NCBI GenBank assembly: GCA_964016885.1
Contig: OZ024742.1
Location: 36,456,001-36,520,000, forward strand
Source of the DNA: Eledone cirrhosa
Taxonomy: Eukaryota
DNA: 64,000 nucleotides
Direction: 5' to 3'
Every line of letters begins with the position of its first letter. Position 1 is the stretch's first letter. Below the pieces are notes generated by a model, which saw only the letters and a list, made by a program, of their open reading frames with translations, was not told where the DNA came from and ran no database searches. Both the position numbers and the translations under genes were made by a program. Positions 1 through 19,280 of this stretch are shown here, piece by piece.

Positions 1-760
1 CCCTCAAAACGAAGTGGTTGAAGCACCATATCTACAAGGAGGAGGCTAGCCCACTGTGCAGGATCTGTGGAGAGAGAGAGGAGACTGTGGCTCACATTGT
101 GTCCGAGTGTAAACACCTAGCCCAGACCCACTATAAGGGCTGGAGACACGATGTGATGGGCAGGGTGATCCACTGGCACCTATGCAAAGTAAACAATCTA
201 CCACATTCTGAGAAATGGTATGAGCATAGGCCAGAGGCGGTGATGGAGAACAGTCAGGTGAAGGTGCTGTGGGATTTTAGGATACAGACGGACAAAAAAC
301 TGGAACACAATAGACCTGACCTGGTGGTTGTGGACAAAGAAAAAAGATCGTGCCTGATTGTGGATGTGGCCTGCCCGTTCGACACGAGAGTGCAAGAGAA
401 GGAGAGGGAGAAAATTAACCGATACCAGGACCTAAAGTGGGAGGTGAAAAGGATTTGGAACTGCCATGAAGTCAAAGTGATCCCGATTGTCATAGGCGCA
501 CTGGGGACTATCTCCAAAGGTTTCCAGGGATGGTTAAAGAAAATCGGCCCCTTCACGCTTTTTGGAACGCTTCAAAAGGCATGCTTGCTTGGAACAGCAA
601 GAACCCTCCGATACGTCCTGAATATCTGAGGCTGCAGGTAGTGGCTTGATATTCAATCCAACGGACTTTCCAGTTAACCAACATCAATGACTGAGATTCA
701 AGGAATAACAATAACAATAATAATAATAATAATAATAATAATATAATAATAATAATAAAT
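1..760 (+). mobile_element. 3' end of R4/Dong-like non-LTR retrotransposon (restriction-like endonuclease), runs off window start
   Basis: ORF 18..629 has CCHC knuckle CRICGEREETVAHIVSEC, RHD, PD..D core RPDLVVVD..LIVDVACP and EKEREKINRY. Short 3'UTR, then (AAT)n tail from ~703. Confidence 0.9.
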
Positions 761-820
761 AAATAGAAAGAAAAAAAAAAGAAATATATATATATATATA
801 TACACGCACATACACACATA

Positions 821-855
<35 letters not shown>

Positions 856-888
856 CCACATACATATACACACACATACATTAATAAC

Positions 889-920
<32 letters not shown>

Positions 921-1017
921 CAATAATAATAACGACAACAACAATAATGTTATACATATACATATATATATACACACACACGCACACACATAAGCATATC
1001 TACACACACACACTCAC

Positions 1018-2690
1018 GATAGCAACTAACAGTGCTGCGATCGAATGTGGCTTTTTAGCCCAGCCAATGATCTAAAATGTCTTGCACAGAGTCGGCAACC
1101 AAAACATTCACTGGGAATAGTCGGCTGTGGTTGGAGTTCGTGTACTTTTGCATGTCGCTTGAGCCCTCCTGCTGATTTACATTCTCTACCACATGTTTGG
1201 CAAGCATGATGAGTAGCATCTCCAACAGCAGCCTGGTAGTCAACCACTGGTCTTACTTTATGACTGCGAAGATGACTTTCGAGTCCAGCTTTGCTTAGGC
1301 AGAGTCTCGCACAGACGCTGCATGTCAGCACCATAGGAGGACCTTCGCTGTCTGGAAATGCAACTGTAAAGCCCTCCCTCACATCCCTCTTTACTTTCTC
1401 GTATGCGATTCGAGTTGCCTCAAAGGCAACTTTTCCCTCATATACAGTCTTTCTCCATTTATTACGATCAGCAGCAATATTCTCCCATGTATCAGCAGAG
1501 ATGTTAGCGTCTTTCAGAGAGGCTTTCAAGGAATCCTTATACCTCTTTTTTGGTTTATGTGGCGGTCGTTTTCCTTTAACCAACTCTCCATAAAAGAGTT
1601 GTTTTGGTATTCTAGAATCCTTCATCCTGGCAAGGTGACCACTCAAACGGAGTCGTTGCTTAAGCACAAGAGCTTCTATACTGTCACACATAGAGCTTTC
1701 CAAAATATCGACATCAGTGAACGCCATGGATCCGTCTGAGACACATCTGATGGAAACGCTCCAATTGCTTAAGGTGGTGTCGATATGTGACCCAGGTCTC
1801 GCAGGCATAAAGAAGACAAGAGAGCACACATGCCCTGTACACCTTTACCGTTGTCCTCCTGCATATGTCTCGCCGACCCCAGAGTCGCCTTCTCTAGCTT
1901 TCCGAAAGCATTACTTGCTTTCCTAATCCTAAGTGAGATTTCACTGTCAAGGTTGCTGTATGGATTGACTGCTTCCCAGGTAGACAAACTGATCAACCAC
2001 TCCAAGTCGTTTGCCATACACATAGATGTTTGGTTCAGTGTACTGCTTACCAGGGGCAGGTCGGTACATGACGACGGTTTTCTTGAGACTGACAGTCAGA
2101 CCTAGGGCAGTGCAAGCGTCACAAAATGCATTCAAAATGTGCTGCATATCACTCTGTGTGCGCTACAAGATCGCAATCATCTGCATACAAGAGGTCTCTT
2201 ATGATTGATGTAAACACTTTTGTCTTCGCAGCAAAGCGCCTGATGTTAAATATGCTGCCTGAGGTTCGATATCGGATGTAAACACCATGCTCGCAATTCC
2301 TGAATGCAATACAGAAAACCATTGCAAAGTATATGGCAAACAGGGTCGGTGCTGGAATATCCCACTGTTTCACTCCATTTTTTACTGAGATAGGCTCCGA
2401 CATGTTACCCCCGACATTAACCCAAGCCTTCATGTCGTCATGGAAAGACCTAACTAAAGCAAGGAACTTATCAGGGCAACCAAGTTTCTGGAGAACCTTC
2501 CATAATGCATCTCTGTTAACAGTATCGAAAGCTTTTGTCAGATCGACAAAAACCTGATACAGATCCAAGCCTTGTTCCATGCACTTCTCCTGGAGCTGTC
2601 TAGCTGAGAAGATCATATCAGTAGTGCCACGTCCAGCACGAAAACCATATTGACTTTCAGGAAGAACACAATCTGCAATGTGTGTGAGCA
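1018..2690 (-). mobile_element. 5'-truncated, frameshifted RTE-clade LINE (RT plus C-terminal C2H2 fingers)
   Basis: RT motifs PESQYGFRAGRGTTDMIF, FVDLTKAFDTV, GVKQW, LLYADD; RTE tail RLRLSGHLARMKDSRIPKQLFYGEL..G.RP. Split over ORFs 2149..2883, 1947..2147, 1769..2023, 1026..1829. Confidence 0.9.
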
Positions 2691-2718
2691 TACATACATA
2701 CATACATACATACATACA

Positions 2719-2799
<81 letters not shown>

Positions 2800-3175
2800 G
2801 CATTTGTAGATGGAATGTGACATAATTATATTACCGCACATAAACGGAAAACACTCACAATGCAACAACAAACCATCCTCCACTCACACCCCCAACACTC
2901 ACCAACGAAGAAACACACGCGTAAGCACATCAGCACACAGCGTACGTATATTATACAATGACATTTATGTGGCATAGTTTCGATGTTTACGAAACATGCT
3001 GTAACATAAGAAGACAAATACCGTTTAGTATTCTATAGCATTTATAGGTCTTCCCTTTCTTGCTTCAACATTGTACAACTGGAGCTGTCAAACTGTTACA
3101 GAATAAAATTTGACCCCATTTTTATCAAAGATATGTGCATACGTGCTTACACGCCTTCGCCAACACACACGTACG

Positions 3176-3621
<446 letters not shown>

Positions 3622-3632
3622 ATGATATATAT

Positions 3633-4225
3633 ATGGTGGCTGCCAACTCGTTTTCGAGTACGGCCACTACTTTATATCCATGTAGGAGAACCCCTACCGA
3701 TGCGCTGAACGAGTGTGACTTTTTAGTCCAGCCAGCGACTTGAAAACTCTGGTACAAACACTACACTTGTGACAATTATTGACACATAGTGCTGGGCCCA
3801 TACATACATACATGGTGGCTGCCAACTCGTTTTCGAGTACGGCCACTACTTTATATCCATGTAGGAGAACCACTACCGATGCGCTGAACGAGTGTGACGT
3901 TTTAGTCCAGCCAGCGACTTGAAAACTCTGGTACAAACAATACACTTGTGACAATCATTGACACTTAGTGCTGGGCCCATGGTACCATGTGATGACAAGT
4001 GCAGAGAGATCTCCAGATATAAAGCAATGCCTGTGCCGTGAAGCTTTTATAGTGAGCAAAGGCACTGCACAAATCCAGTCCCACTCTCTTAACCAAGATG
4101 ATATTTACCAAAAATAAGAACAAGTCAACATCATTGGATACCATCAGGGTTGCAGGTGTTATATCAGAGCTTTCCTTCTCCTAGAATTCTGCCTTGACAA
4201 AGGCTAAGGGGTCATCTCTCCCGGA
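3633..4225 (-). mobile_element. Non-autonomous bipartite RTE derivative (RTE 5'UTR joined to RTE 3' end), 3' part tandemly duplicated
   Basis: RTE 5'UTR motif ctaggagaaggaaa(g/a)ctctga on minus strand. 3' part encodes CSVCTRVFKSLAGLKSH, like the RTE terminus at 1026. 3633-3800 is repeated at 3812-3980. Matches 15597-16211. Confidence 0.7.
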
Positions 4226-4236
4226 TATATAAATAT

Positions 4237-4311
4237 AAACTCTTAGTGTGAAGTTTGGGTTTGAAATAAATCTTTTGTGACATCAGTCCTGGAACTTTTC
4301 TGACACACCTC

Positions 4312-4314
<3 letters not shown>
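4237..4314 (+). mobile_element. Orphan right end (TIR) of the same mariner element
   Basis: Near-identical to 5141-5216; separated from the next copy by (TA)n. Confidence 0.8.
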
Positions 4315-4360
<46 letters not shown>

Positions 4361-4363
<3 letters not shown>

Positions 4364-5216
4364 GAGGTGTGTCAGAAAAGTTCCAGGACTGATGTCACAA
4401 AAGATTTCTCCTTCAAAGTAATCCCCCTGGAGTATGTAACTGTAATCTTAGCTCTCTGCGGCGAACAAACTTTTTTCTTCATAATTTTATATACATGTCC
4501 TCTGTTTCAGGTCGTCGAAAAATGAGTACAGCGCAACGAACAAACTTGAAGTTTCTGGTACGGTTGGGGAAAACTCCGTCAGAAGCACTGGGATTGCTGC
4601 AGAAAGTGTATGGAGATGAGACGATGTCACGCTCACGTGTTTTTGAGTGGTGCAAGATGACCCCAGAAGCGGAAGGCCCTCAACAACCAGGACTTAGGTC
4701 AACGTTCAGCGCGTCAGGCAGATGGCGCGTAGCGATCGTCGGCTGACTGTTCGACTTATGGCAAATGAGCTGGGCATGAATCGGGACAGCGTCTGGAAGA
4801 TTCTCACTGAAGATTTGGACATGCGGAAAGTCTGCGCGAAGATGGTGCCAAAGCTGCTGAACGATTACGAGAAGAGTCGACGCATGCAAGTGTGCCAGGA
4901 CATCCTCAAGCGTCTTGAAACCGAACCAGACTTGCTAGAGGCAGTCATCACCGGTGATGAGTCATAGATCTTCGAGTACGACCTGGAGGGGACCCGTTTT
5001 GAAGACGTGGACGACATCAAAAAGGCCGTGACGACGGAACTGCGGAGGATCCCAGAAGAATCCTTCCCGGAGTGCATGCAAGCGTGGCAGAAAAGGAAGG
5101 AAAAGTGCATTAGACTCCAGGGGGATTACTTTGAAGGAGAAAACTCTTATTGTGAAGTTTGGGTTTGAAATAAATCTTTTGTGACATCAGTCCTGGAACT
5201 TTTCTGACACACCTTG
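4361..5216 (+). mobile_element. Internally deleted Tc1/mariner DNA transposon
   Basis: ~48-bp TIRs (cgaggtgtgtcagaaaagttccaggactgatgtcacaaaagattt) flanked by TA. Transposase remnants: HTH QRTNLKFLVRLGKTPSEA..MSRSRVFEW, KVCAKMVPKLL, ITGDES*, C-terminal KCIRLQGDYFEG. The rest of the catalytic triad is deleted. Confidence 0.92.
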
Positions 5217-5226
5217 TATATATACT

Positions 5227-5315
<89 letters not shown>

Positions 5316-5389
5316 TAAGTTATTCCGGGTTGAATCGGAGGTAACCACAATAAGTAAGGTAGTCGAAGCAGAGTATAAAAGTTTTAATA

Positions 5390-5503
5390 TAGATGTGATT
5401 CTACAGGACTAGAACTGTTTCATTCTTGAGAAATCATCAGGAATCCCTGATGATTCCTGATGATTTCTCAAGAATGAAACAGTTCTAGTCCTGTAAAATC
5501 TCA

Positions 5504-5507
<4 letters not shown>
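5390..5507. ncRNA. Inverted pair of minimal hammerhead motifs (Penelope-like pLTR remnant)
   Basis: CTGATGA(5457)-tttctcaagaat-GAAAC-a-GTT on +, mirror copy 5413-5440 on -; flanked by (TA)n. Stem I is poor. Confidence 0.6.
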
Positions 5508-5557
<50 letters not shown>

Positions 5558-6139
5558 ATAAAATTGGGAAAAATTAACAAAGAGAAGACAATGAACAAAA
5601 AGAAATGGTTGAACGAACAATTTGTTTTTTTTAATATAAAGACAAACGAAAGACACAGAGTTCCAAGGTCTTCACCCATCGATATGGTCATTTGGCAGTT
5701 TCGACCCATATCGACGGTATTGGCTGGTACACCCGAGGTCACAGCATCTGACACAAACCAAAGCGCTGTCTTTGGAGTTAAAAAATAAAAGAAGTAAATA
5801 AGGAAAAGGAAAAGGGAAGGAATAAAAACAAGAGGAAAGTAAAATATCGTGTTAAAAATGTAATCCATTGAAATTATTGGGGGAGAAGAAAGAATACATT
5901 CGTCACAGATTAGTTATAATAATATTAGGAAAATTACACAGAGAAGGCAACGAACGAACACAAGGCAGAACGAGAAAATCATTTTTGAAAAGAAAAACAC
6001 TAGCAGAGAACGAAAGAGAGCTTCGGACAGAAACATGAACTTTCCTCTCTAATATGTATGTAAAAACTAATAATTTTTCTTCTCTATTTTATTATTATTC
6101 GTATAAATATGCAATTTAACTGCACTTTACACTTCCGTC

Positions 6140-7330
<1,191 letters not shown>

Positions 7331-8159
7331 TAAGTATGCACTGCATTTATTTCTGTAATAAGCAACAAGCCTCTTTCTTTTATTTTATATTAGACATTTG
7401 AAACACATAACATTAACATTAAACAAAGTCCTCTTATTTTATTGCATTCTATATTTCATTGTCGGTCAATATATTCATTTTTTACGTCTAAATTCTCAGA
7501 TACTTTATAGTAAGTCGTACTTAAAACAATACGCATTTGTAGCGTAACACACTATGAATTGTATAGTAAATAAACATATTTGGGGCTAATTATTTAACCT
7601 ATTACGGCGGTATTGTTTTGAATTTTCTTTCATAGACCACGTAGTATAATTTAATACCCCTTTAAAATACCGTTTGTGTGTTTGAATTAACGTCATAGAT
7701 ATGATTTTTTAATTGTCTCAAATATAAACTATGTTTTATATCTGACTTTATTTATAACTAATTGCTTGTTGCTGAAAAATTCAAGACTGTTATGCACAAT
7801 TAATTAACTATGCTGTATATGCGTCTCTGGAGGTAAATAACCTTCTTCCTTTTTTAAAAAAAGCTCTTCTCTAAAAACCTCTTTATTGATGAAAAAGAAC
7901 CAAACCAATTGTGCACAAATAACTGCTTTGCTAAAGTGTCCCCATAGATAAAATAACATTCTTTTTTTTTTAAAAAAACCTCTTCAAATTCTTTACCTTT
8001 CTTTAGGACTTGCATCATCTAAATCCTGAATTATTGTCCTGACAATGCTTTAGTGTCACCTGTTAATATTGAATTTAAAACGGGCGTAGATATTAATAAT
8101 ATAATTTGAAGTGTCTTCTTTAGTTGTCAATTCATTTAATATACATATATATATATATG

Positions 8160-8922
<763 letters not shown>

Positions 8923-8970
8923 GTCGGTCTATCAGTTGCAACTCTAGGTTGAAGGAGCAACGTGAAATAA

Positions 8971-9062
8971 AGTGTGGCTGAGTGGTTAGAGAATTGGATT
9001 CACAATCTTGTGGTAGTGAGTTCGATTCCTGGACCAAGCGATGCGTTATTTCTTTGAGCAAG
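8971..9062 (+). mobile_element. tRNA-derived SINE head fragment
   Basis: A-box tggctgagtggtt and B-box gagttcgattcc; no acceptor stem closure. Confidence 0.65.
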
Positions 9063-9083
9063 ATATATATATATATATATATA

Positions 9084-9277
9084 TAACGAAGGAAATGTGG
9101 TAAGGAACCAGGTGGACCATAACGCACCAAAGTACTCAATACTTAGGGTAGTAGAGTGGGTAATAGGAACGAGTAGGTCCCCGACGGCTGAGCTCAAGCC
9201 GTTTCGACGGCTAATTCTGGTCCAGAATTAGCCGTCGAAACGGCTTGAGCTCAGCCGTCGGGGTCCTACTCGTTCCT
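9084..9277. mobile_element. Naiad-like Penelope pLTR fold-back insertion in (TA)n. Other copies: 12580-12692, 13318-13491, 17823-17992, 20248-20430, 21420-21611, 24347-24864, 24908-25065, 30902-31095, 32020-32180, 40999-41191, 42420-42578
   Basis: Repeated ~135-bp unit ending ..ccacatttccttcgtta|(TA)n, palindromic around tctgg-t-ccaga. Contains hammerhead 3' half GAAAC-GGCT-tgagctc-AGCC-GTC. The copy at 24400-24733 runs into a Naiad-type ORF start. Confidence 0.8.
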
Positions 9278-9289
9278 ATATATATACAT

Positions 9290-12472
<3,183 letters not shown>

Positions 12473-12494
12473 GATGATGGATATGTGTGTGTGA

Positions 12495-12555
<61 letters not shown>

Positions 12556-12773
12556 TATACATATATATACATATATATATAACGAAGGAAGTGTGGTAAG
12601 GAACCAGGTGGACCATAACGCACTAGAGTACTCAACAGGAATAGCCGTCGAAACGGATTGAGCTCTGCCGCCGGGGTCTTGAACATTTTCCTATATATAT
12701 ATATATCTCTTCAGTGAACTTATAACATGAAGTTCACATAAAAATATGTCACTATCTTTACACCAATTATTAT

Positions 12774-12832
12774 ATTTTATCTGACGAAAGCGTACTAAAA
12801 TATTAGTACCTTTGAAATACGTATAATAAAAT
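12774..12832 (+). ncRNA. Type I minimal hammerhead ribozyme
   Basis: attttat-CTGACGA-aagcgtactaa..ttagtaccttt-GAAAT-acgt-ATA-ataaaat; palindromic ACGT in place of stem III. Confidence 0.75.
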
Positions 12833-12845
12833 TAATATGGTTTAT

Positions 12846-12909
<64 letters not shown>

Positions 12910-13029
12910 ATCCAGGGAGTGTAGCGTGAAGTTACTGTGGGTTCACCCAGGCGAGCACTCAATGTTTAGATTCACGTCTGTAACGAGTTGTAGAGCAAAA
13001 CAGAGTGTAATACAATAATACAAGAAGGA

Positions 13030-13235
13030 TTTCTTAAGCCTTCATTACGTTTATTGATTGGTGACGCGTGTTTCGCTATTGATCAGCTCAAGGTTCGTTC
13101 TGTATCGATCTGGCGCGACTCTGGAATCAAAAGCTCGTAGGACGAGCTTTTGATTCCAGAGTCGGGCCAGATCGATACAGATCGAAACTTGAGCTGATCA
13201 ATCGCAAAATACCTCATTAAACGTAATGAAGATCT
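13030..13235. repeat. Long imperfect hairpin with degenerate hammerhead remnant
   Basis: 13070-13138 mirrors 13142-13210. Minus strand reads ttga-gct..agc-GAAAC-acgc-GTC. Confidence 0.6.
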
Positions 13236-13283
13236 AACACTTTCGTCCTTTTTGTTATTAGTATATATCTATATACACACACT

Positions 13284-13316
<33 letters not shown>

Positions 13317-13489
13317 ATAACAAAGAAAATGTGGTAAGAAACCAGGTGGACCATAATGCACCAGAGTACTCGATACTTAGAGTAGTAGATTGGGTAATAG
13401 GAAAAGAGTCAGGACCCCGACGGTTCAGCTCCGACGGATCTAGCTGTCGAAACGGCCGGAGCTCAGCCGTCGGGGTTGTGACTCTTTTC

Positions 13490-14268
<779 letters not shown>

Positions 14269-14641
14269 ACTCATTGTTTTCTATATTGTGTTCGTTTTTG
14301 TCTGTCCTAATATCCTCGTTCTGCGTCTTTTCCTCCTCGTTGTCCTAATTTTGTTGTTTTTTCGTTGTTTTTCGTACGAAAAAGCTCACAGAATTGGACC
14401 CCAGCTAATTGTTTACTCGTTACAACCTTCGACGTCTTCTTTCTTTCCTTCTCTCCTTCAATATTTCAATCACATTGGTAACAATGATAATGTTGACTTA
14501 GATTTGCCTTTATTGTAGTTTAAATTAAGGTAAGCTCTAAACAGTATCGATCTATGGTAAACAACGTTTCAGTTGTGAACATCCGTGTTTTTATGTGTAT
14601 ATCCGGGAGAAGGAAGAGGAGGGGGGGGATATTATCATTTA

Positions 14642-14822
14642 TCGCAGTATCGGTAGAGGGTCGGACGCCATGCTTTGCAGCATAGAGTTACCTCCCTTTA
14701 TGATCTGAGTTCAAATCCCGCCGAGGTTAACTTTGCCTTTCATCCTTATGGGGTCGATAAAATAAAGTACCAGTAATACACTGGGTAATTGCTGGCCTTG
14801 TGCCAAAATTAAAAACAATTAT
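14642..14822 (+). mobile_element. Abundant tRNA-derived SINE. Other copies: + 15175-15335, 32372-32552, 38272-38460, 41568-41750, 58660-58775, 59845-60000; - 25696-25878, 38720-38852, 41283-41468, 62645-62860, 62863-63067
   Basis: B-box gagttcaaatcc, core ttaactttgcctttcatcc..ggggtcgataaaataaagtaccagt, tail aattgctggccttgtgccaaaa.tagaaacaattat. Confidence 0.85.
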
Positions 14823-15061
14823 TAGTAGCAGCAACAGCAACAACAGCAACGACAACAACGACATCATCATCAGCAGCAGCAGCGACAGCAGCAGCAACAG
14901 CAGCAGCAGCAATAACAGTGACACTCCAAATGTCACAGTGACAAAAAGGTAATTGTACCAAGTGGCTACTTCGAGGTAAGTTGAGTAGCCAAAACATACA
15001 AATGCTAACGTATTACTTAGTTATTGTGATAACAAAACCTTTCTCACAGTTGTTGCGAGGC

Positions 15062-15092
<31 letters not shown>

Positions 15093-15596
15093 GGTGGTGG
15101 TGGTGGTAACGGTGTTAATGAGATAAGGAGCAATATATAGGACAATTAGTTTACGCATAATTATACATACATATGAGGCAGAGAATTGACAGAGACGTTA
15201 GAATATCAGATGGAATTCTTTGCGGTATTCGTTCCGACACTGAGCTTTCTGAGTTCAAATTCCGCCGATATTAACTTTGCCTTATATCTTTTCGAGGTCG
15301 ATAAATAAAATGCCAGTCTAGTACTGGTATCGAATCTTCCTCTATATCTCCTTCTCATTTCCTCTCACCCTCTCACTCTCTCATAGGAGAGAAGATGAGC
15401 TTTGCCAGGTTTAAAGTGTCCATGGCACGTTGTACGTCAAGGCGGTGTCCCTGCGACCTCATCAAGAAGTTACAGGTACATACATACATACACACACACA
15501 TACATACATAATACATACACACATACACACATACATACACACACACATACATACACACATACATACACACATACATACATAATACATACACACATA

Positions 15597-16211
15597 GTGG
15601 CTGCTCCTGCCAACTCGTTTTCGAGTACGCCCACAACTTTATATCCATGTAGGAGAACCCCTACCGATGCGCTGAACGAGTGTGACTTTTTAGTCCAGCC
15701 AGCGACTTGAAAACTCTGGTACAAACTCTACACTTGTGACAATTATTGACACATAGTGCTGGGCCCATGGTACCATGTGATGACAAGTGCAGAGAGATCG
15801 CCAGATAGAAAGCAATGCCTGTGCCGTGAAGCTTTTACAGTGAGCAAAGGCACTGCACAAAGCCAGTCCCACTCTCTTAACCAAGATGATATTTACCAAA
15901 AAGAAGAACAAGTCAACATCATTGGATACCATCAGGGTTGCAGGTGTTATATCAGAGTTTTCCTTCTCCTAGAATTCTGCCTTGACAAAGGCTAAGGGGT
16001 CATCTCTCCCGGTGATTTTGGATGGCCATTGACTCTTAAGAGCTCCTTTGCCCTTTGACAGGTTTTGTTTTTAGTCCTGCAGGATGTCCAAAGTCATCCT
16101 CCTCACCAACAAACCTTGGTGGGGTTGCCAGTTTAGTCGCCAACGACCCGACCATGGGACAGGTTGTACTGGGATAGATGTTACCAGTAGCACCAACTGG
16201 TGACCTGACAT
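15597..16211 (-). mobile_element. Apparently complete ~615-bp bipartite RTE derivative; diverged relative at 16274-16668
   Basis: Same sequence as 3812-4225 plus further 5'UTR; flanked on both sides by (TACA)n-type microsatellite. Confidence 0.7.
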
Positions 16212-16237
16212 ATATACATACATACATACAAACATAC

Positions 16238-16276
<39 letters not shown>

Positions 16277-16787
16277 GCTGCAACTCGATTTCGAGTAATT
16301 CCGTCGCTTGATACTTAAGAATGATCATCACAGACGTGGCTTTTGAATCCTGCTAGGGACTTGCCTATGGCCAACAATACCATACATCGCGAAAAATGCC
16401 ACATATCAAGCGATGCCTGTGCTTGAAGCTTTTTTAAGTGAGGAAAGGCTTTGCACGGGGTCAATCCCACTCTCTGAACATCGAATCCATTTCCCCCAAA
16501 AGAACTGGTCTACATCATTGGATGCAAACAAAGTCGCAGGTTTTATATCAGAGTGGCCTTCTCTTAGAGAGATGTCTTAATGAAGACTACGAGTCTCTCG
16601 CTCAAAAAAATTAAAAAAATCTTTATTAGATGGCCGTTGACTCTCCTGAGTTCTTCCGCCCTTTGACATACATAATACATAAATACATGCATACATACAT
16701 GATGGCTGCCCCCTCGTTATCGAGTATGGCCATTGCACGAGGAGAAAGGAAAAAAAAAAAAATAAAAATAATAATAATAATAATAAT

Positions 16788-17739
16788 ACGTGACCTATAG
16801 TAAGGAGCCAATGCTCAGAGCTGTACTGAAGGAGGGGACAGTAGGCCAGGGGATGTCCAGGGAGGAAATAACATCAAGGAGGAAGAGCAGCCTTAAGGGA
16901 AAACCCCTTCATAGTACCTTCTTTGAGAAAACTGAATTTAGAGACCCACAGACATGGAACTGGTTGAGAAGAGGAGACCTCAAAAAGGCTACAGAAGGAA
17001 TGCTAATGGCTGCGCAGGAGCAGGCCCTCAAAACGAAGTGGTTGAAGCACCATATCTACAAGGAGGAGGCCAGCCCACTGTGCAGGATCTGTGGAGAGAG
17101 AGAGGAGACTGTGGCTCACATTGTGTCCGAGTGTAAACACCTAGCCCAGACCCACTATAAGGGCTGGAGACACGATGTGATGGGCAGGGTGATCCACTGG
17201 CACCTGTGCAAAGTAAACAATCTACCACATTCTGAGAAATGGTATGAGCATAGGCCAGAGGCGGTGATGGAGAACAATCAGGTGAAGGTGCTGTGGGATT
17301 TTAGGATACAGACGGACAAAAAACTGGAACACAATAGACCTGACCTGGTGGTTGTGGACAAAGAAAAAAGATCGTGCCTGATTGTGGATGTGGCCTGCCC
17401 GTTCGACACGAGAGTGCAAGAGAAGGAGAGGGAGAAAATTAACCGATACCAGGACCTAAAGTGGGAGGTGAAAAGGATTTGGAACTGCCATGAAGTCAAA
17501 GTGATCCCGATTGTCATAGGCGCACTGGGGACTATCTCCAAAAGTTTCCAGGGATGGTTAAAGAAAATCGGCCCCTTCACGCTTTTTGGAACGCTTCAAA
17601 AGGCATGCTTGCTTGGAACAGCAAGAACCCTCCGATACGTCCTGAATATCTGAGGCTGCAGGTAGTGGCTTGATATTCAATCCAACGGACTTTCCAGTTA
17701 ACCAACATCAATGACTGAGATTCAAGGAATAACAATAAC

Positions 17740-17765
<26 letters not shown>
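16788..17765 (+). mobile_element. 5'-truncated R4/Dong-like LINE copy inserted in (TAA)n
   Basis: ORF 16790..17653 with KPLHS, TEGMLMAAQEQALKT, CCHC and RLE motifs; a few substitutions vs 1-700. (AAT)n on both flanks. Confidence 0.92.
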
Positions 17766-17772
<7 letters not shown>

Positions 17773-18891
17773 AAAATAAAATAAAAAATAAAAATAAAAA
17801 ATAAATATATATATATATATATAACGAAGGAAATGTGGTAAGGAACCAAGTGGACCATAACGCACCAAAGTACTCAATACTTAGGGTAGTAGAGTGGGTA
17901 ATAGGAACAAGTATGACCCCGACGGCTAATTCTGGTCCAGAATTAGCCGTCGAAACGGCTTGAGCTCAGCCGTCGGGGTCTTACTTGTTCCTATATATAT
18001 ATATATATATATATATGCATACACATATACACACACACACACATATACACACACACATACATTAATAACAATAATAATAATAATAATAATAACAACAATA
18101 ATAATGACAACAACAATAATAATATACATATATATATATATATACACACACACGCACACACACAAGCACATACACACACACACACACACACACACGATAG
18201 CAACTAACAGCGCTGCGATCGATACATACATACATACGTACGTACGTACATACATACATACATACATACATACATACATACATACATACATACATACATA
18301 CATACATACATACATACATACACCTTCGACATGAGCTCATGGCATGGGAAACTATTAATTAGAAATAAGATGAATACTCTCACTGACAGTATTGCTACTA
18401 GCCATGTTGAATAGCTGGTTATTCTTCAAATCCTACTCACTGAAGACACCTTTTAGAAGCATCTTTATCATTGGCCTAACAGTTTCACCGATATCTGACG
18501 AGGACTGCTACAGATACCAAGGGATAAATGAGAATATCCCCCCCCCCCCTCCTTCTCCCGGATATACATATAAAAACACGGATGTTCACAACTGAAACGC
18601 AAATCTAAGTCAACATTATCATTGTTACCAATGATAATAATCCAGATGATAATGACAGCTCCAGCTTGATAACATCTGTCGTTCCCATTGGGTGACTATG
18701 AATGACTTGTGGTGTAAATTAAGTTTGGGAGAATAAGTGGTCCACGTATGATTTGACGAACTTGGAGGGAGAGTACGGTTTGTTTGGCAGGAGTCATAGG
18801 TACGGGTTGGCGTTCAGTTTAGGATATTTGTTGAGGGTGAATAGACTGATTGGAGCAATAACGGTCTTATTTGTGTGTGTATGTATATAAT

Positions 18892-18951
<60 letters not shown>

Positions 18952-19074
18952 AATATAATTTTTTTCTTACTGGTAATAAGGTGGTAATGAACTACTGACC
19001 TTTCCTGTTTATAATTATATATAGTGTATATATAAATAATAATATTATTATTATTATATATATATATATATATA

Positions 19075-19280
19075 TTTATAAAGCTCTGAGTGATGTATGT
19101 TTTTTATATATAAATATAGATATTTGTTTATCTTTGATAAGTTTTATACACACACACATATATAATTATATATATATATATATATATAATTATATATGTG
19201 TGTGTGTATAAAACTTATCAAAGATAAACAAATATCTATATTTATATATAAAAAACATACATCACTCAGAGCTTTATAAA
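19075..19280. repeat. Near-perfect ~200-bp palindrome centred on (TA)n
   Basis: tttataaagctctgagtgatg... mirrored by ...catcactcagagctttataaa. Confidence 0.9.

Noticed and set aside
1026-1829. Host C2H2 zinc-finger gene
   Set aside because: Fingers are in frame with the RTE ORF tail and lack TGEKP linkers.
8971-9062. tRNA gene (also 3355-3432)
   Set aside because: A/B boxes present but no closed acceptor stem; continues into SINE body.
18340-18870. Possible decayed RT fragments (YRYQGINENI; minus-strand Penelope-like)
   Set aside because: Too short and degenerate to assign without a profile search.
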